Origin: an uncultured Gammaproteobacteria bacterium
GTDB taxonomy: Bacteria; Pseudomonadota; Gammaproteobacteria; DRLM01
Length of the DNA stretch: 64,000 nucleotides
Direction: 5' to 3'
NCBI GenBank assembly: GCA_963729605.1
Contig: CAVSNY010000007.1
Coordinates: 640,001-704,000 of the forward strand
Shown here: positions 31,668-42,554 of the stretch, one piece after another
Layout of the letters: each line of letters starts with the position of its first letter
Numbering within the stretch: the stretch's first letter is position 1
Made by a program: the position numbers and the translations under genes
Notes under the pieces: model-generated
The model's input: only the letters and a program-made list of their open reading frames with translations
What the model was told of the DNA's origin: nothing
Database searches by the model: none

Positions 31668-31811
31668 GGAAGCTCTGAAAAATCCATCCCTGGATTTTTC
31701 AGAGACGAAAAAATGGGATTTTTGTTTTTCTTCATTTCTCGAACACGCGCGTGTTCGAGAAAGAGAGGCGCATCCCTGCACCGCACGGAACCTCTATAAA
31801 TCAGGGGTTCC
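31668..31811 (+). repeat. MITE-like element copy A
   Basis: Imperfect TIR ggaagctctga.../...tcaggggttcc; left arm tctgaaaaatccatccctggatttttcag shared with copies B and C. Confidence 0.6.
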
Positions 31812-31812
31812 T

Positions 31813-32595
31813 TTATTTGAAATCCAGGCGCAACATCTTGCCCCCGGTTTTTTCCGCCAATTTCAGATACTCCCGTTCGGTATACGGGTCGGAGCGGCCA
31901 AATGGCAGCGTAAACACCGGGCGGGGAATGTCGCTGTATTGGATGGTGTCGTCCGAGGGTTCGTCGCCGATCAGCATATAGGCGCCCGGTAAAGGCGCCC
32001 CGGTCGCCGCGGTCCGCAGGGCCAACCCGATGTTTTCGGTGTTGCCGGAAAAGGGGGCGCCGCTCATCAGGCTGTCGAACATGTCGCCCATGGTGCCGGT
32101 ATAGGTTTTGGCGGTGCGGTCGGAAAACCAGGTGATGGCCGAGAGTTGTTTGTCGGCGCGGGTCACGATCAACCGCAAAATGGGGATCAGGAAGGACGAT
32201 ACTCCATGCATGGATCCGGTGGCGTCCACCACCAAATGGAGGTCTTTGCCGGGGATGTCCTTAAGGCCTTCGACGAAAAGATCGAAATCTTTGCGCCCGA
32301 TATTGGCCGATTCCAGGATGATCTCGATTTCCCCCTCGGGGTCGGTGACCAGGATCTTTTCCAGGTTTTGCTTGATGCGGTCTTTGTCGGTCTCCGCCAC
32401 GTTCAAGGCTTTTTGCAAGGCCTCCAATTCTTTTTTGAGTTTGGGTAGCTCGTTCTGTTCGGATATGCGCGACGTGATGAGTACCACCACCAGCAAAAAG
32501 ATAAACGTGCCGAGCATCATCAGCGCGATGTCGGAAAAAATCTGGTAAGCGCTGGAAGACGCTTCCCGGCGGCGCTGGCGCGGATTAGAGGTCAT
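31813..32595 (-). CDS. Single-TM + coiled-coil + vWA-domain protein
   Basis: TM containing FSD (ExbD/MotB-like acidic residue), MIDAS VVDATGSM, IGDE; ATGA-coupled to the upstream gene. Confidence 0.8.
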   Translation of the reverse strand: MTSNPRQRRREASSSAYQIFSDIALMMLGTFIFLLVVVLITSRISEQNELPKLKKELEALQKALNVAETDKDRIKQNLEKILVTDPEGEIEIILESANIGRKDFDLFVEGLKDIPGKDLHLVVDATGSMHGVSSFLIPILRLIVTRADKQLSAITWFSDRTAKTYTGTMGDMFDSLMSGAPFSGNTENIGLALRTAATGAPLPGAYMLIGDEPSDDTIQYSDIPRPVFTLPFGRSDPYTEREYLKLAEKTGGKMLRLDFK

Positions 32596-33638
32596 TCTTT
32601 GCGGGAGCGCGCGCTGTCCATGCTGCGTCTCAGCCGCGTCCACCAGGAGCGGTTGATCTTATTCATGACCCGGATCTCCTCCTTCAACAAATCGGAATAA
32701 TAATGTTGCAGGACGACGGAGTCGCGCAGGGTGGCCTTATCCTGATCCTCCTCGCCGAGCCGGCTGAGTTGCTGGGCGACTTGGCGGAACTCCAGCATGG
32801 ATTGCATCGACTCATGCATGGCGCTTTGCAGCGCGCGGACGTTTTCGCCCAGCAGGGTGATTTCCTTATTTAAGAGTTGCACGTCGCGTTCCAGGGTGGG
32901 TTTTAAATCCGCCGTGCAATAGACCGTGCAAATGCGTTTAACCACCTCCGACAGCCCTTCGATACCATGGTCGGTGATCAAGGCGAAGATGCGCAGCAAG
33001 ACGCCGCCCAATACCGAGCCGAGCAGGGTGGTGTAGAACGCGGTGCCCATCCCGCTCATGGCTTGCCGCAATCCGGTCAAGAGCCGCGTCTCGTCATGCC
33101 CCAGGGCGTCGAGCGAGGTGGTGAGGCCGGTCAAGGTGATGCTCAGTCCTACTACGGTACCGATCAGGCCGAGGGTGATCAGCAGATTGCCGACCATCTC
33201 GACCGAATTGCTGGTGCGATAATAACTGGCGAATTCGATGTCGATCAGCGACTCGATATTGGGTTGATCGTTATTTTTGACGATCTCTTTCAACGAGTTG
33301 AAGAAGCGGTCAACCGCGCGGTTGGTTTTATTGGGGTTCAATCCGTGCAGGCCGTTATTTCTGGCGATGCCCCCCAGCTGGGAGGCGCGGAGCGCTTCTT
33401 CGGTGATGGTGACGGCCAAACTAAAACTGATGACGATGCCCAGGATGAACAGCGCCATGATAATCCAGGTGATTCTGCTCTTGTCATCTTTGATGTAGTC
33501 GACGAGATTGGTGTCGAAATAGAGAGCGAAATGGATGGCGAGCGCCGTGGACGCCCATATCAGCCAAAGAAAAATGGTGCGGAAGGCCTTTTCTTGCACC
33601 AGCTGCTTATGGTCGTTCTTGCGCATACCGCTGTTCAT
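32592..33638 (-). CDS. MotA/TolQ/ExbB proton-channel family protein with C-terminal coiled coil
   Basis: LITLGLIGTVVGL and GMGTAFYTTLLG motifs. Confidence 0.88.
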   Translation of the reverse strand: MNSGMRKNDHKQLVQEKAFRTIFLWLIWASTALAIHFALYFDTNLVDYIKDDKSRITWIIMALFILGIVISFSLAVTITEEALRASQLGGIARNNGLHGLNPNKTNRAVDRFFNSLKEIVKNNDQPNIESLIDIEFASYYRTSNSVEMVGNLLITLGLIGTVVGLSITLTGLTTSLDALGHDETRLLTGLRQAMSGMGTAFYTTLLGSVLGGVLLRIFALITDHGIEGLSEVVKRICTVYCTADLKPTLERDVQLLNKEITLLGENVRALQSAMHESMQSMLEFRQVAQQLSRLGEEDQDKATLRDSVVLQHYYSDLLKEEIRVMNKINRSWWTRLRRSMDSARSRKE

Positions 33639-33887
33639 GGGTGTCCTTGGATAGGGTCTAGGGACGAGCAGAGTGCGCGCGCCGGTGGCCCGCACATCGC
33701 CTTCTTCACGTTCAGGAGAAGGAATTTTTATTATCAGCGGATTCTTTATTACCCGGGGCCTAGCGTCAAGCAGGGCGTGATGCCGGCGCCGGGGATGGAT
33801 AGGAATGCAAAGGATGGCCCCGTATCGGCTTGGCAGCAGGTGTAGGGCGCGATGGGCATCCCGGCCCCCTGGCCTGGGTCAATATCA

Positions 33888-33990
33888 TGTGCCGCCATTT
33901 TTCGATGTGTCAGCCATTGAAAAGGGAGGAAGCGAAGATCACCTGGTTGCTTTCCAGGTGCTGAAAATTCCAGGGTGGAGCTATTCAGAA
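33888..33990 (-). repeat. MITE-like element copy B (partial)
   Basis: Reverse strand tctgaatagctccaccctggaattttcag...tcaatggctgacacatcgaaaaatggcggcaca matches copy C. Confidence 0.65.
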
Positions 33991-34087
33991 ATAGCTGAGC
34001 GCGACGTAGGCCGGTAAAACGGTACGCAACCGGGGCTCGCCCCCGGTTGCGTCATAGATGTTGGTGAACTAACGTAGCTTATTGTTT

Positions 34088-34198
34088 TTACATAGAGATG
34101 GATACAGCCAGAAAGTACAGGGCGGTAAAAATGACGGTAAGCCCGATGACGATGACGCCATCTTGTTTGCTGATATCTTGCCAATTGTTATTCGACAT
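34088..34198 (-). CDS. Single-TM microprotein, 36 aa (MSNNNWQDISKQDGVIVIGLTVIFTALYFLAVSISM)
   Basis: aaggagag RBS, AT-rich upstream region. Confidence 0.6.
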   Translation of the reverse strand: MSNNNWQDISKQDGVIVIGLTVIFTALYFLAVSISM

Positions 34199-34359
34199 AT
34201 TTCTCTCCTTCCCCTTACGACAATAAACCGTAAAAAATTTAATTGAATAGGTGACTAAAACACTTTGTTTTTTACACACAGATAAAGGCCGCGTCAAGCG
34301 TTTGTTGGCGGGAGGTTTGGGCTTAAAGACCGCTGATAGTCACGCGGCCCGGTCGGCGG

Positions 34360-35731
<1,372 letters not shown>

Positions 35732-35735
<4 letters not shown>

Positions 35736-37087
35736 GGCGCCGGTTTGGCCGCCGCGCCGCCGACGATGACGGTGACCATGCGTTGCGGATCGATGCGGCG
35801 CTGGAAGGCGTCACGGATATGGGCCGTCGTGACCGCTTCGACGCGCTTATTGAAGGTGTCCAGATAATCCAGCGGCAATCGGTAAAAACCGATCATCGCC
35901 AGGTTATCGACGATTTTGCTGTTGCTGTCCAGCCGCAGGGCGAAACCGCCGGTGATGTTTTTCTTGGCGGCGGTCAGCTCGGTTTCCTTCGGGCCTTTGG
36001 CGATGAACTCCTGCATGACGTCCTGCAACACCGTCAGGGCCTGATCGGCTTGATCGTTGCGGGTTTGCAAGCCGGCGGTGAACGGCCCGGCGGCGCGCAT
36101 GGGAATGAAGTAGCTGTACGAACTGTAGGACAGGCCGCGTTTTTCCCGCACCTCGTCGCTGATGCGCGAGACCAGGCCGCTGCCGCCGAGGATGTGATTG
36201 CCGACGTAGAGCGGGAAATAATCGGGATCGTCGCGGGTGAGGCCGGGCTGGCCGAGCAGGATATGGGTCTGCCCCGAGGGATAGTCGATGCGGGTGATTT
36301 CGCCCTCGGCGGGCAGTTTAGCCGGAGGAACGGCGGCGGGCGCGGTCCCTTCCGGTAATTGTCCGACCACCTGTTCGGCGATCCTCTCCGCGCCGGCGCG
36401 GTCCAGTGCGCCGACGATGGCGACCGTGGCATTCCGCGCGACGTAATAACGCCGGTAAAAATTCACGAGGTCGTCGCGGCTCAGGGCCTTGATGCTGGCT
36501 TCGGTGCCGAGCGGCGGCGTGCCGTAGGGATGGCCGGGATACAGCGCGGCGAAAAAGGCCTTGCTGGCGATGTCTTCCGGCGATTCTTCCTGCGAACGCA
36601 AGGCCACCAGGGTGCGGGTGCGCTCGCGCTCGAAGGCGTCGGCGGGGAAGGTGGGTTGGGTCAGCACCGTGGTCAGGGTGTCGAGGGCTGGATTCAGCAG
36701 GCTGGGTTCGGTGAGGCTGCGCAGACTGACGATGGCCATGTCCCGTTGCGCGCTGCCGCCGAATTGCGCGCCGAGTCCTTCGAAGCGTTCGGCGATTTGA
36801 TCGGCGTTGAGCTCGCCCGCGCCCTCGCCGAGCAGGCCGTTGGTGAGTTGGGCCACGCCGTCCTTGCCGTCATCTTTGGCGCTGCCGGCATCGAATACTA
36901 TCCGAATATTGACCATGGGCAGCTCGGGCGCCGGCACGAAATACACCCGCGCGCCGTTGGCGGTGGTCCAGGTTTCGATTTTGGGCGAGGCCGCGGTGAC
37001 GGTGGCGGTGAACAGGCCGGCGAGGGCGACGCCGAGCAGCGCCCAGCGCCGGGCCGTCGTTTTGATGGTGCCTGATTTAACGTACAT
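35732..37087 (-). CDS. M16B peptidase, non-catalytic subunit
   Basis: M16 fold without HxxEH; SRISDEVREKRGLSY. Confidence 0.88.
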
Positions 37088-38465
37088 GGTTGTCGCCCCC
37101 TTGCTGACTCTGTTGCATGCGTCGCGCGCGTTCTTCATCGATGGGTTGCGGATCGAGCACCGCCACCGTCAGACCGTCGTCGACCAGATATTTGCGCGCC
37201 ACCTCGCGCACCTGTTCGGCGGTCACCGCCTTGACGCGTTCGAGATACTGCTCGCCGATCTTCCAACTGAGGCCCATCGACTCCAGCGAGCCGATCTTCA
37301 TGGCCTGATAAAACACCGAGTCGAGCTGATATACGTCGCCGGCCATCACCTGCGCCTTGACCCGTTTGAGCTCGTCTTCGCTCACCAGCTCGTCGCGCAC
37401 CCGTTTGACCTGCTCGCGCAGCGCCTGCTCCAGTTCGGCGATGTCGTGGCCTTGGCTCGGCGTGCCGTCGATGATGAACAGGCTTTGGTCGCGGGAATCC
37501 AGGTCGTAACCGGCGCCGGCCCGGGCGGCGATCTGGGTGTCGCGCACCAGGTGTTTGGCGAAACGGGCGCTGCTGCCGCCGTCGAGTATGCCGGCCAGCA
37601 CTTCGAGGGCATAAGGTTCCCATTCGTCGGGATCGGCGGTGCGCGGGGGGACTTTGTAGCCCATTATCAAATAAGGCAGTTCGGCGGGGGCCTTGACGGT
37701 GATGCGGCGGGTACCCACTTGGGCGATTTCCTGGCGCTGTTTGAGCGGTTCGATCTTGCTGGGTTTGAGCGGGCCGAAATGTTTCTTGGCGAGGGCCAGC
37801 ACCTGTTGCGGATCGACGTCGCCCGCCACCACCAGTATCGCGTTATTGGGGGCGTACCACAGACTGTACCAGCGTTTGAGATCCTCGGCCTGAAGGGTTT
37901 CCAAATCGCCCATCCAACCGATGACCGGAATGCGATAGGGGCTGTTCAAATAGGCCACGGCGTTGAATTGTTCATACGTGAGGGCTTGCGGATTGTCGTC
38001 GGTGCGCATGCGCCGCTCCTCCATCACCACCTTCACCTCCTTGGCGAACTCCTCGGGCTTGAGCAGCAGGTGGCGCATGCGGTCGGCTTCCAGCTTGAAG
38101 CTGATTTCGAGGCGGCTCTTTTCCAGCTGCTGGAAATAGGCGGTGTAATCGCGGCTGGTGAAGGCGTTTTCCCGGCCGCCGTTTTCGGCGATGATGCGCG
38201 AGAATTCATTGGGGCCGTAGTTTTTAGTGCCTTTGAACATCATGTGTTCGAGCACGTGGGAGATCCCGGTGATGCCGTCGTGCTCGTAGCTGCTGCCGAC
38301 CTTGTACCACACTTGCGAGACCAGGACCGGCGAGCGGTGATCTTCCTTGACGATCACCTTCATGCCGTTGTCGAGCCGGTATTCGTGGACCGCGCCGCCG
38401 GATTGGGCGAGGCCGTTCAAGGGAAACAACAAACACAGCAGCATCAACGTTTTTAAATTTCGCAT
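37077..38465 (-). CDS. M16B zinc peptidase, catalytic subunit
   Basis: HVLEH (HxxEH), NAFTSRDYT; signal peptide. Confidence 0.92.
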   Translation of the reverse strand: MRNLKTLMLLCLLFPLNGLAQSGGAVHEYRLDNGMKVIVKEDHRSPVLVSQVWYKVGSSYEHDGITGISHVLEHMMFKGTKNYGPNEFSRIIAENGGRENAFTSRDYTAYFQQLEKSRLEISFKLEADRMRHLLLKPEEFAKEVKVVMEERRMRTDDNPQALTYEQFNAVAYLNSPYRIPVIGWMGDLETLQAEDLKRWYSLWYAPNNAILVVAGDVDPQQVLALAKKHFGPLKPSKIEPLKQRQEIAQVGTRRITVKAPAELPYLIMGYKVPPRTADPDEWEPYALEVLAGILDGGSSARFAKHLVRDTQIAARAGAGYDLDSRDQSLFIIDGTPSQGHDIAELEQALREQVKRVRDELVSEDELKRVKAQVMAGDVYQLDSVFYQAMKIGSLESMGLSWKIGEQYLERVKAVTAEQVREVARKYLVDDGLTVAVLDPQPIDEERARRMQQSQQGGDNHVR

Positions 38466-38603
38466 ATTCGGTTCCCTGTATTGCCGACTTACCCGGTGGA
38501 CGGAGGGGTGATAGGATAGCCTATCGGTCCGGCGGGGGGCCATGTTCTTTCCGCCGGCTCTTTATCCTCCACGTTAACGTGTCAGCTACGACTACGGTTG
38601 CTT

Positions 38604-39596
38604 ATGTTTGGTTTCAAAAAAGATCGCGCCACCCCGGCGGACGAGGCCCCGCGTCCCGGCCTGTTTCAACGTCTCAAACAACGTCTCGCCCGCACCCGCG
38701 GCAGCCTCACCGACGGGTTGGCGCGTCTGGTGTTGGGCAAAAAGGTCATCGACGAGGACGTGCTCGAGGAGATCGAGACCCGTTTGCTGACGGCCGACGT
38801 CGGCGCCGAGGCTACCGCGCGCATCATCCAGGATCTCACCGCGCGGGTGCGGCGCAAACAATTGGCCGACGCCGAGGCCCTGCTCGCCGCGTTGAAAGAA
38901 GACATGCAGGCCATCCTCGCGCCGTGCAATGTGCCGCTGGTGATCCCGGCCGGGGTGCGGCCCTTCGTGATCCTCATGGTTGGTGTGAACGGGGTGGGCA
39001 AGACCACCACCATCGGCAAGCTGGCCAAGCGTTTTCAGGCCGACGGCCTGTCGGTGATGCTGGCCGCCGGCGATACCTTCCGCGCCGCGGCGGTGGAGCA
39101 GCTGGAGACTTGGGGCGAGCGCAACGGCGTGGCGGTGGTGGCGCAGGCCCGCAACGCCGATCCGGCCTCGGTGGTGTACGACGCCTTGCAAGCCGCCAAG
39201 GCGCGCGGCATCGACGTGTTGATCGCCGACACCGCCGGCCGTCTGCATACCCAGGCCAATCTGATGGAAGAGTTGAAGAAGGTAAAACGGGTGCTGGGCA
39301 AGCTGGAGCCCAGCGCGCCCCACGAGACCCTGCTGGTGATCGACGCCGGCACCGGTCAGAATGCCTTGAATCAGGCCCGCCAGTTCCACGAGGCGGTGGG
39401 CTTGACCGGCATCACCCTCAGCAAACTCGACGGCACCGCCAAGGGCGGCATCATCTTCGCCATCGCCGAACAAATGAAGTTGCCGATCCGTTTCATCGGC
39501 GTCGGCGAGGGTATCGACGATCTGCGTCCCTTCGACGCCGAGGACTTCGTCGAGGCCTTGTTCGCCGGGGAGACGGCGGAGGAAGAACGGAGTTAA
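38604..39596 (+). CDS. ftsY: SRP receptor FtsY
   Basis: GVNGVGKTT, DTFRAAA, DTAGR, KLDGTAKGG. Confidence 0.97.
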   Translation: MFGFKKDRATPADEAPRPGLFQRLKQRLARTRGSLTDGLARLVLGKKVIDEDVLEEIETRLLTADVGAEATARIIQDLTARVRRKQLADAEALLAALKEDMQAILAPCNVPLVIPAGVRPFVILMVGVNGVGKTTTIGKLAKRFQADGLSVMLAAGDTFRAAAVEQLETWGERNGVAVVAQARNADPASVVYDALQAAKARGIDVLIADTAGRLHTQANLMEELKKVKRVLGKLEPSAPHETLLVIDAGTGQNALNQARQFHEAVGLTGITLSKLDGTAKGGIIFAIAEQMKLPIRFIGVGEGIDDLRPFDAEDFVEALFAGETAEEERS

Positions 39597-39627
39597 GCTC
39601 CGCTCCATTTAAAGAGCGCCTTCCAGC

Positions 39628-40308
39628 ATGATTGAATTTCGCAATGTGGGAAAACGCTATCCCAGCGGCCACGCGGCGCTCAACGAGGTGAGCTTCATTC
39701 TCGCGCGCGGCGAGATGGCCTTTCTCACCGGCCATTCCGGCGCGGGCAAAAGCACCTTGCTGAAACTCATCGGCCTCATCGAGCGCCCCAGCAGCGGCGA
39801 GGTGGTCGTCAACCAACGCAATCTCAATCGCCTGGAGCGGCGGCACATCCCTTATCACCGCCGCAGTCTCGGCATGATCTTTCAGGATTACCGCCTGCTG
39901 CAAGACCGCACGGTGTTCGACAACGTGGCATTGCCGCTGGTGATCGGCGGCGAATACGATCAGCGCGAGACCGGCCGCCGGGTGCGCGCCGCGCTGGATA
40001 AAGTGGGTTTGCTCGGCAAGGAAAAATATTATCCCGTCGAACTCTCCGGCGGCGAGCAGCAGCGGGTGGGTATCGCCCGCGCCGTGGTGCATAAGCCGGT
40101 ACTGCTGCTGGCCGACGAGCCCACCGGCAATCTCGACCCGGATCTGTCGCGGGAGATCATGGCCCTGTTCGAGGCCTTTCAGCGGGTGGGCGTCACGGTG
40201 CTGATCGCCAGTCACGATCACGACCTGATCGCCCGCATGAACCACCGGGTACTGACCCTCCAGCACGGCAATCTGCTCAACGGCGCCGCGGAGGCGCCGG
40301 CCCCATGA
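39628..40308 (+). CDS. ftsE: Cell division ATP-binding protein FtsE
   Basis: [25 protein letters not shown]; synteny. Confidence 0.96.
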   Translation: MIEFRNVGKRYPSGHAALNEVSFILARGEMAFLTGHSGAGKSTLLKLIGLIERPSSGEVVVNQRNLNRLERRHIPYHRRSLGMIFQDYRLLQDRTVFDNVALPLVIGGEYDQRETGRRVRAALDKVGLLGKEKYYPVELSGGEQQRVGIARAVVHKPVLLLADEPTGNLDPDLSREIMALFEAFQRVGVTVLIASHDHDLIARMNHRVLTLQHGNLLNGAAEAPAP

Positions 40309-41303
40309 CGCGTCGCGGTGAACCCGGGCAGGAAGCGGAGAGGCCGCGCGCCGCGCCGCGCAAGGCCGGTCCGCGCCAGCGCGGGCTGGAGAATTATTTC
40401 ACCCACCACTTGCGCGCCCTCTTTGCCAGCCTCGGCCAACTGGTGCGGGCGCCGCTAGCCACCTTGATGACCGCGGCGGTGATCGGCATCGCCCTGGCCC
40501 TGCCCGCCGGGTTTCACGCCCTGCTCGCCAGCGTGCAGACGGTGGCCGCGGGTTGGCAAGGGGATATGGCGCAGATCTCGCTTTTTTTGAAACCGTCGAT
40601 TAAAGAGGATCAGGCCGCCGCCATGGCTAAGCGGTTGCGCGCTAAGCCCGAGGTGGCCGACGTGCGTTACATCTCGCCGCAACAGGCGCTGGCGGAGTTC
40701 GAGCAATCCTCTGGCCTGCGCGACGCGCTGGCCTACTTGAACGAGAATCCGCTGCCGGCGGTGCTGGTGGTGCGTCCGGCGGAGCAATACGGCACGCCCG
40801 CCGCAGCCCGCGAGTTGTTGCAGCGTTTGGGGGCCATGGCCGAAGTGGATAGCGCTCAGCTGGACCTGGCCTGGCTGGAGCGCCTGCACGCCATGGTCGG
40901 TCTCGCCGTCCGCGGCGTGTGGCTGCTGGCGGGGGTGTTGGCGGTGGGGGTGTTATTGGTGGTGGGCAACACCATCCGCCTCGGTATACAAAATCGCCGG
41001 GAAGAGATTATCGTCACCAAACTCCTCGGCGCCACCGACGGCTTCATCCGCCGGCCCTTCGTATATGGCGGCATGTGGTACGGCCTGTTCGGCGGCTTGA
41101 TCGCCCTGGTGGTGGTGAACGGCCTGTTATTGAGCCTGGGCGGCCCGGCGCAACAATTGGCGGCGCTCTATCACAGTCCTTTTCGTCTGGAGCTGTTGGA
41201 CGGCCCGGCCAGCCTGATGGTATTGGGCGCCGGCGCCGTCTTGGGCTGGCTGGGGGCCTGGCTGGCGGTCAGCCGCCATTTGCGGGACGTCGAGCCGGTG
41301 TGA
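40305..41303 (+). CDS. ftsX: Cell division permease FtsX
   Basis: NPLP, GNTIRL, LLGAT..FIRRPF; synteny. Confidence 0.95.
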   Translation: MTRRGEPGQEAERPRAAPRKAGPRQRGLENYFTHHLRALFASLGQLVRAPLATLMTAAVIGIALALPAGFHALLASVQTVAAGWQGDMAQISLFLKPSIKEDQAAAMAKRLRAKPEVADVRYISPQQALAEFEQSSGLRDALAYLNENPLPAVLVVRPAEQYGTPAAARELLQRLGAMAEVDSAQLDLAWLERLHAMVGLAVRGVWLLAGVLAVGVLLVVGNTIRLGIQNRREEIIVTKLLGATDGFIRRPFVYGGMWYGLFGGLIALVVVNGLLLSLGGPAQQLAALYHSPFRLELLDGPASLMVLGAGAVLGWLGAWLAVSRHLRDVEPV

Positions 41304-41315
41304 CCGGCCGGATGA

Positions 41316-41344
41316 GGAACTTCCGTCTGACCTTAGCACTCATA
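41316..41344 (+). promoter_or_regulatory. Putative sigmaE promoter of rpoH
   Basis: GGAACTT-N17-TCATA, overlapping CIRCE. Confidence 0.55.
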
Positions 41345-41359
41345 GGATTCGAGTGCTAA
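41333..41359. promoter_or_regulatory. CIRCE element (HrcA operator)
   Basis: Perfect TTAGCACTC-N9-GAGTGCTAA. Confidence 0.93.
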
Positions 41360-41399
41360 ACTTGTAAAGAACCATGGCGGCGGGGAGCGGAGTGCCGTG

Positions 41400-41415
41400 T
41401 GGATCGTGGTTTGCA
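41400..41415 (+). promoter_or_regulatory. Possible sigma54 -24/-12 promoter of rpoH
   Basis: tGGatcgtggtttGCa, GG-N10-GC spacing. Confidence 0.45.
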
Positions 41416-41481
41416 TATTCAATGCCTTAAGCCCGGTGGGCGTCAATAGGACGTCGCCGGATTCCAGTAGGGGTGAACTGA

Positions 41482-42336
41482 ATGATTGAACAGAACAAGG
41501 GTTTGGAATTGGCCGTCCCGGTGGGCAGCCTGGAGGCCTACCAGCAGGTCATCAACCGTATCCCGGTGCTGACGGCGGAGGAAGAGCAGGCCCTCGCCCG
41601 CCGCCTGCGGGACGATAACGACCTGGAGGCCGCCCGCCAACTCATTTTGTCGCATTTGCGCTTCGTGGTCCGCATCGCTCGCGGTTACGCCGGTTATGGT
41701 TTGTCACATGCGGACTTGATTCAAGAAGGCAATGTCGGTCTGATGAAGGCGGTGAAGCGCTTCGACCCCGACATGAACGTGCGGCTGGTGTCCTTCGCCG
41801 TGCATTGGATCCGCGCCGAGATACATGAATTCATCCTGCGCAACTGGCGCATCGTCAAGGTCGCCACCACCAAGGCGCAGCGCAAGCTGTTCTTCAATCT
41901 GCGCAGCGCCAAGACCCGCTTGGGCTGGTTCACGCGCGACGAAGTGAACGCGGTGGCCAAAGACCTCGGTGTCAGCCCGGAGACCGTGGTGGAGATGGAG
42001 TCGCGCATGAGCGGTTACGACGCCTCGCTCTACGGCGAGACCGACGACAACGGCGACGAGCAGCACACCGCGCCCATCGCCTATCTCGCCGATCTCCGCG
42101 CCGATCCGGCCGAGCAGTTGGAGAGCGACAACTGGGACGATCATCACAGCGACAAACTCCACGAAGCCCTGGCCGGTCTCGATGACCGCAGCCGCGACAT
42201 CCTCTCGCGCCGCTGGCTGGCGGACAACAAGTCCACCCTGCATGAGCTGGCGGATCAGTATCAAGTATCGGCGGAACGCATCCGCCAGTTGGAGCAAAAT
42301 GCGATCAAGAAACTCAAGGTGGCCTTGGAGGCGTAA
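41482..42336 (+). CDS. rpoH: RNA polymerase sigma-32
   Basis: RpoH box [23 protein letters not shown]; follows ftsX. Confidence 0.97.
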   Translation: MIEQNKGLELAVPVGSLEAYQQVINRIPVLTAEEEQALARRLRDDNDLEAARQLILSHLRFVVRIARGYAGYGLSHADLIQEGNVGLMKAVKRFDPDMNVRLVSFAVHWIRAEIHEFILRNWRIVKVATTKAQRKLFFNLRSAKTRLGWFTRDEVNAVAKDLGVSPETVVEMESRMSGYDASLYGETDDNGDEQHTAPIAYLADLRADPAEQLESDNWDDHHSDKLHEALAGLDDRSRDILSRRWLADNKSTLHELADQYQVSAERIRQLEQNAIKKLKVALEA

Positions 42337-42361
42337 ACGCCGGGCCGAGAGGGGATTAATA

Positions 42362-42406
42362 AAATAAAAAACGGACGGCGTCGCTCGGCGCCGTCCGTTT
42401 TTTATT
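42362..42406. terminator. Bidirectional intrinsic terminator (rpoH / bioD)
   Basis: aataaaaaacggacggcgtcg-ct-cggcgccgtccgttttttatt. Confidence 0.85.
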
Positions 42407-42408
42407 AG

Positions 42409-42554
42409 GGGAGCTCTGAGTAATGCCCTCCTGGAGTTTTCAGGGCGAGGGCGGCGAAAAGCGGATTTCGCTGTCCGCCATTATCAATGGCTATCCCATG
42501 AAAATGGCGGCACAGCCCGGCGCCGCAGGAACCGCTGAATAAATTAGAGGCTCC
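42409..42554 (+). repeat. MITE-like element copy C
   Basis: ggagctctgagtaatgccctcctggagttttcag...tcaatggctatcccatgaaaatggcggcaca...agaggctcc. Confidence 0.65.

Noticed and set aside
31813-33638. Zorya anti-phage system or flagellar stator
   Set aside because: The partner lacks an OmpA/peptidoglycan-binding domain, and no zorC/D/E or flagellar genes are adjacent.
10530-34198. Prophage/ICE interpretation of the lower-GC island
   Set aside because: No integrase, transposase, tRNA or flanking att repeats seen; lower GC may partly reflect membrane-protein and high-expression codon bias.
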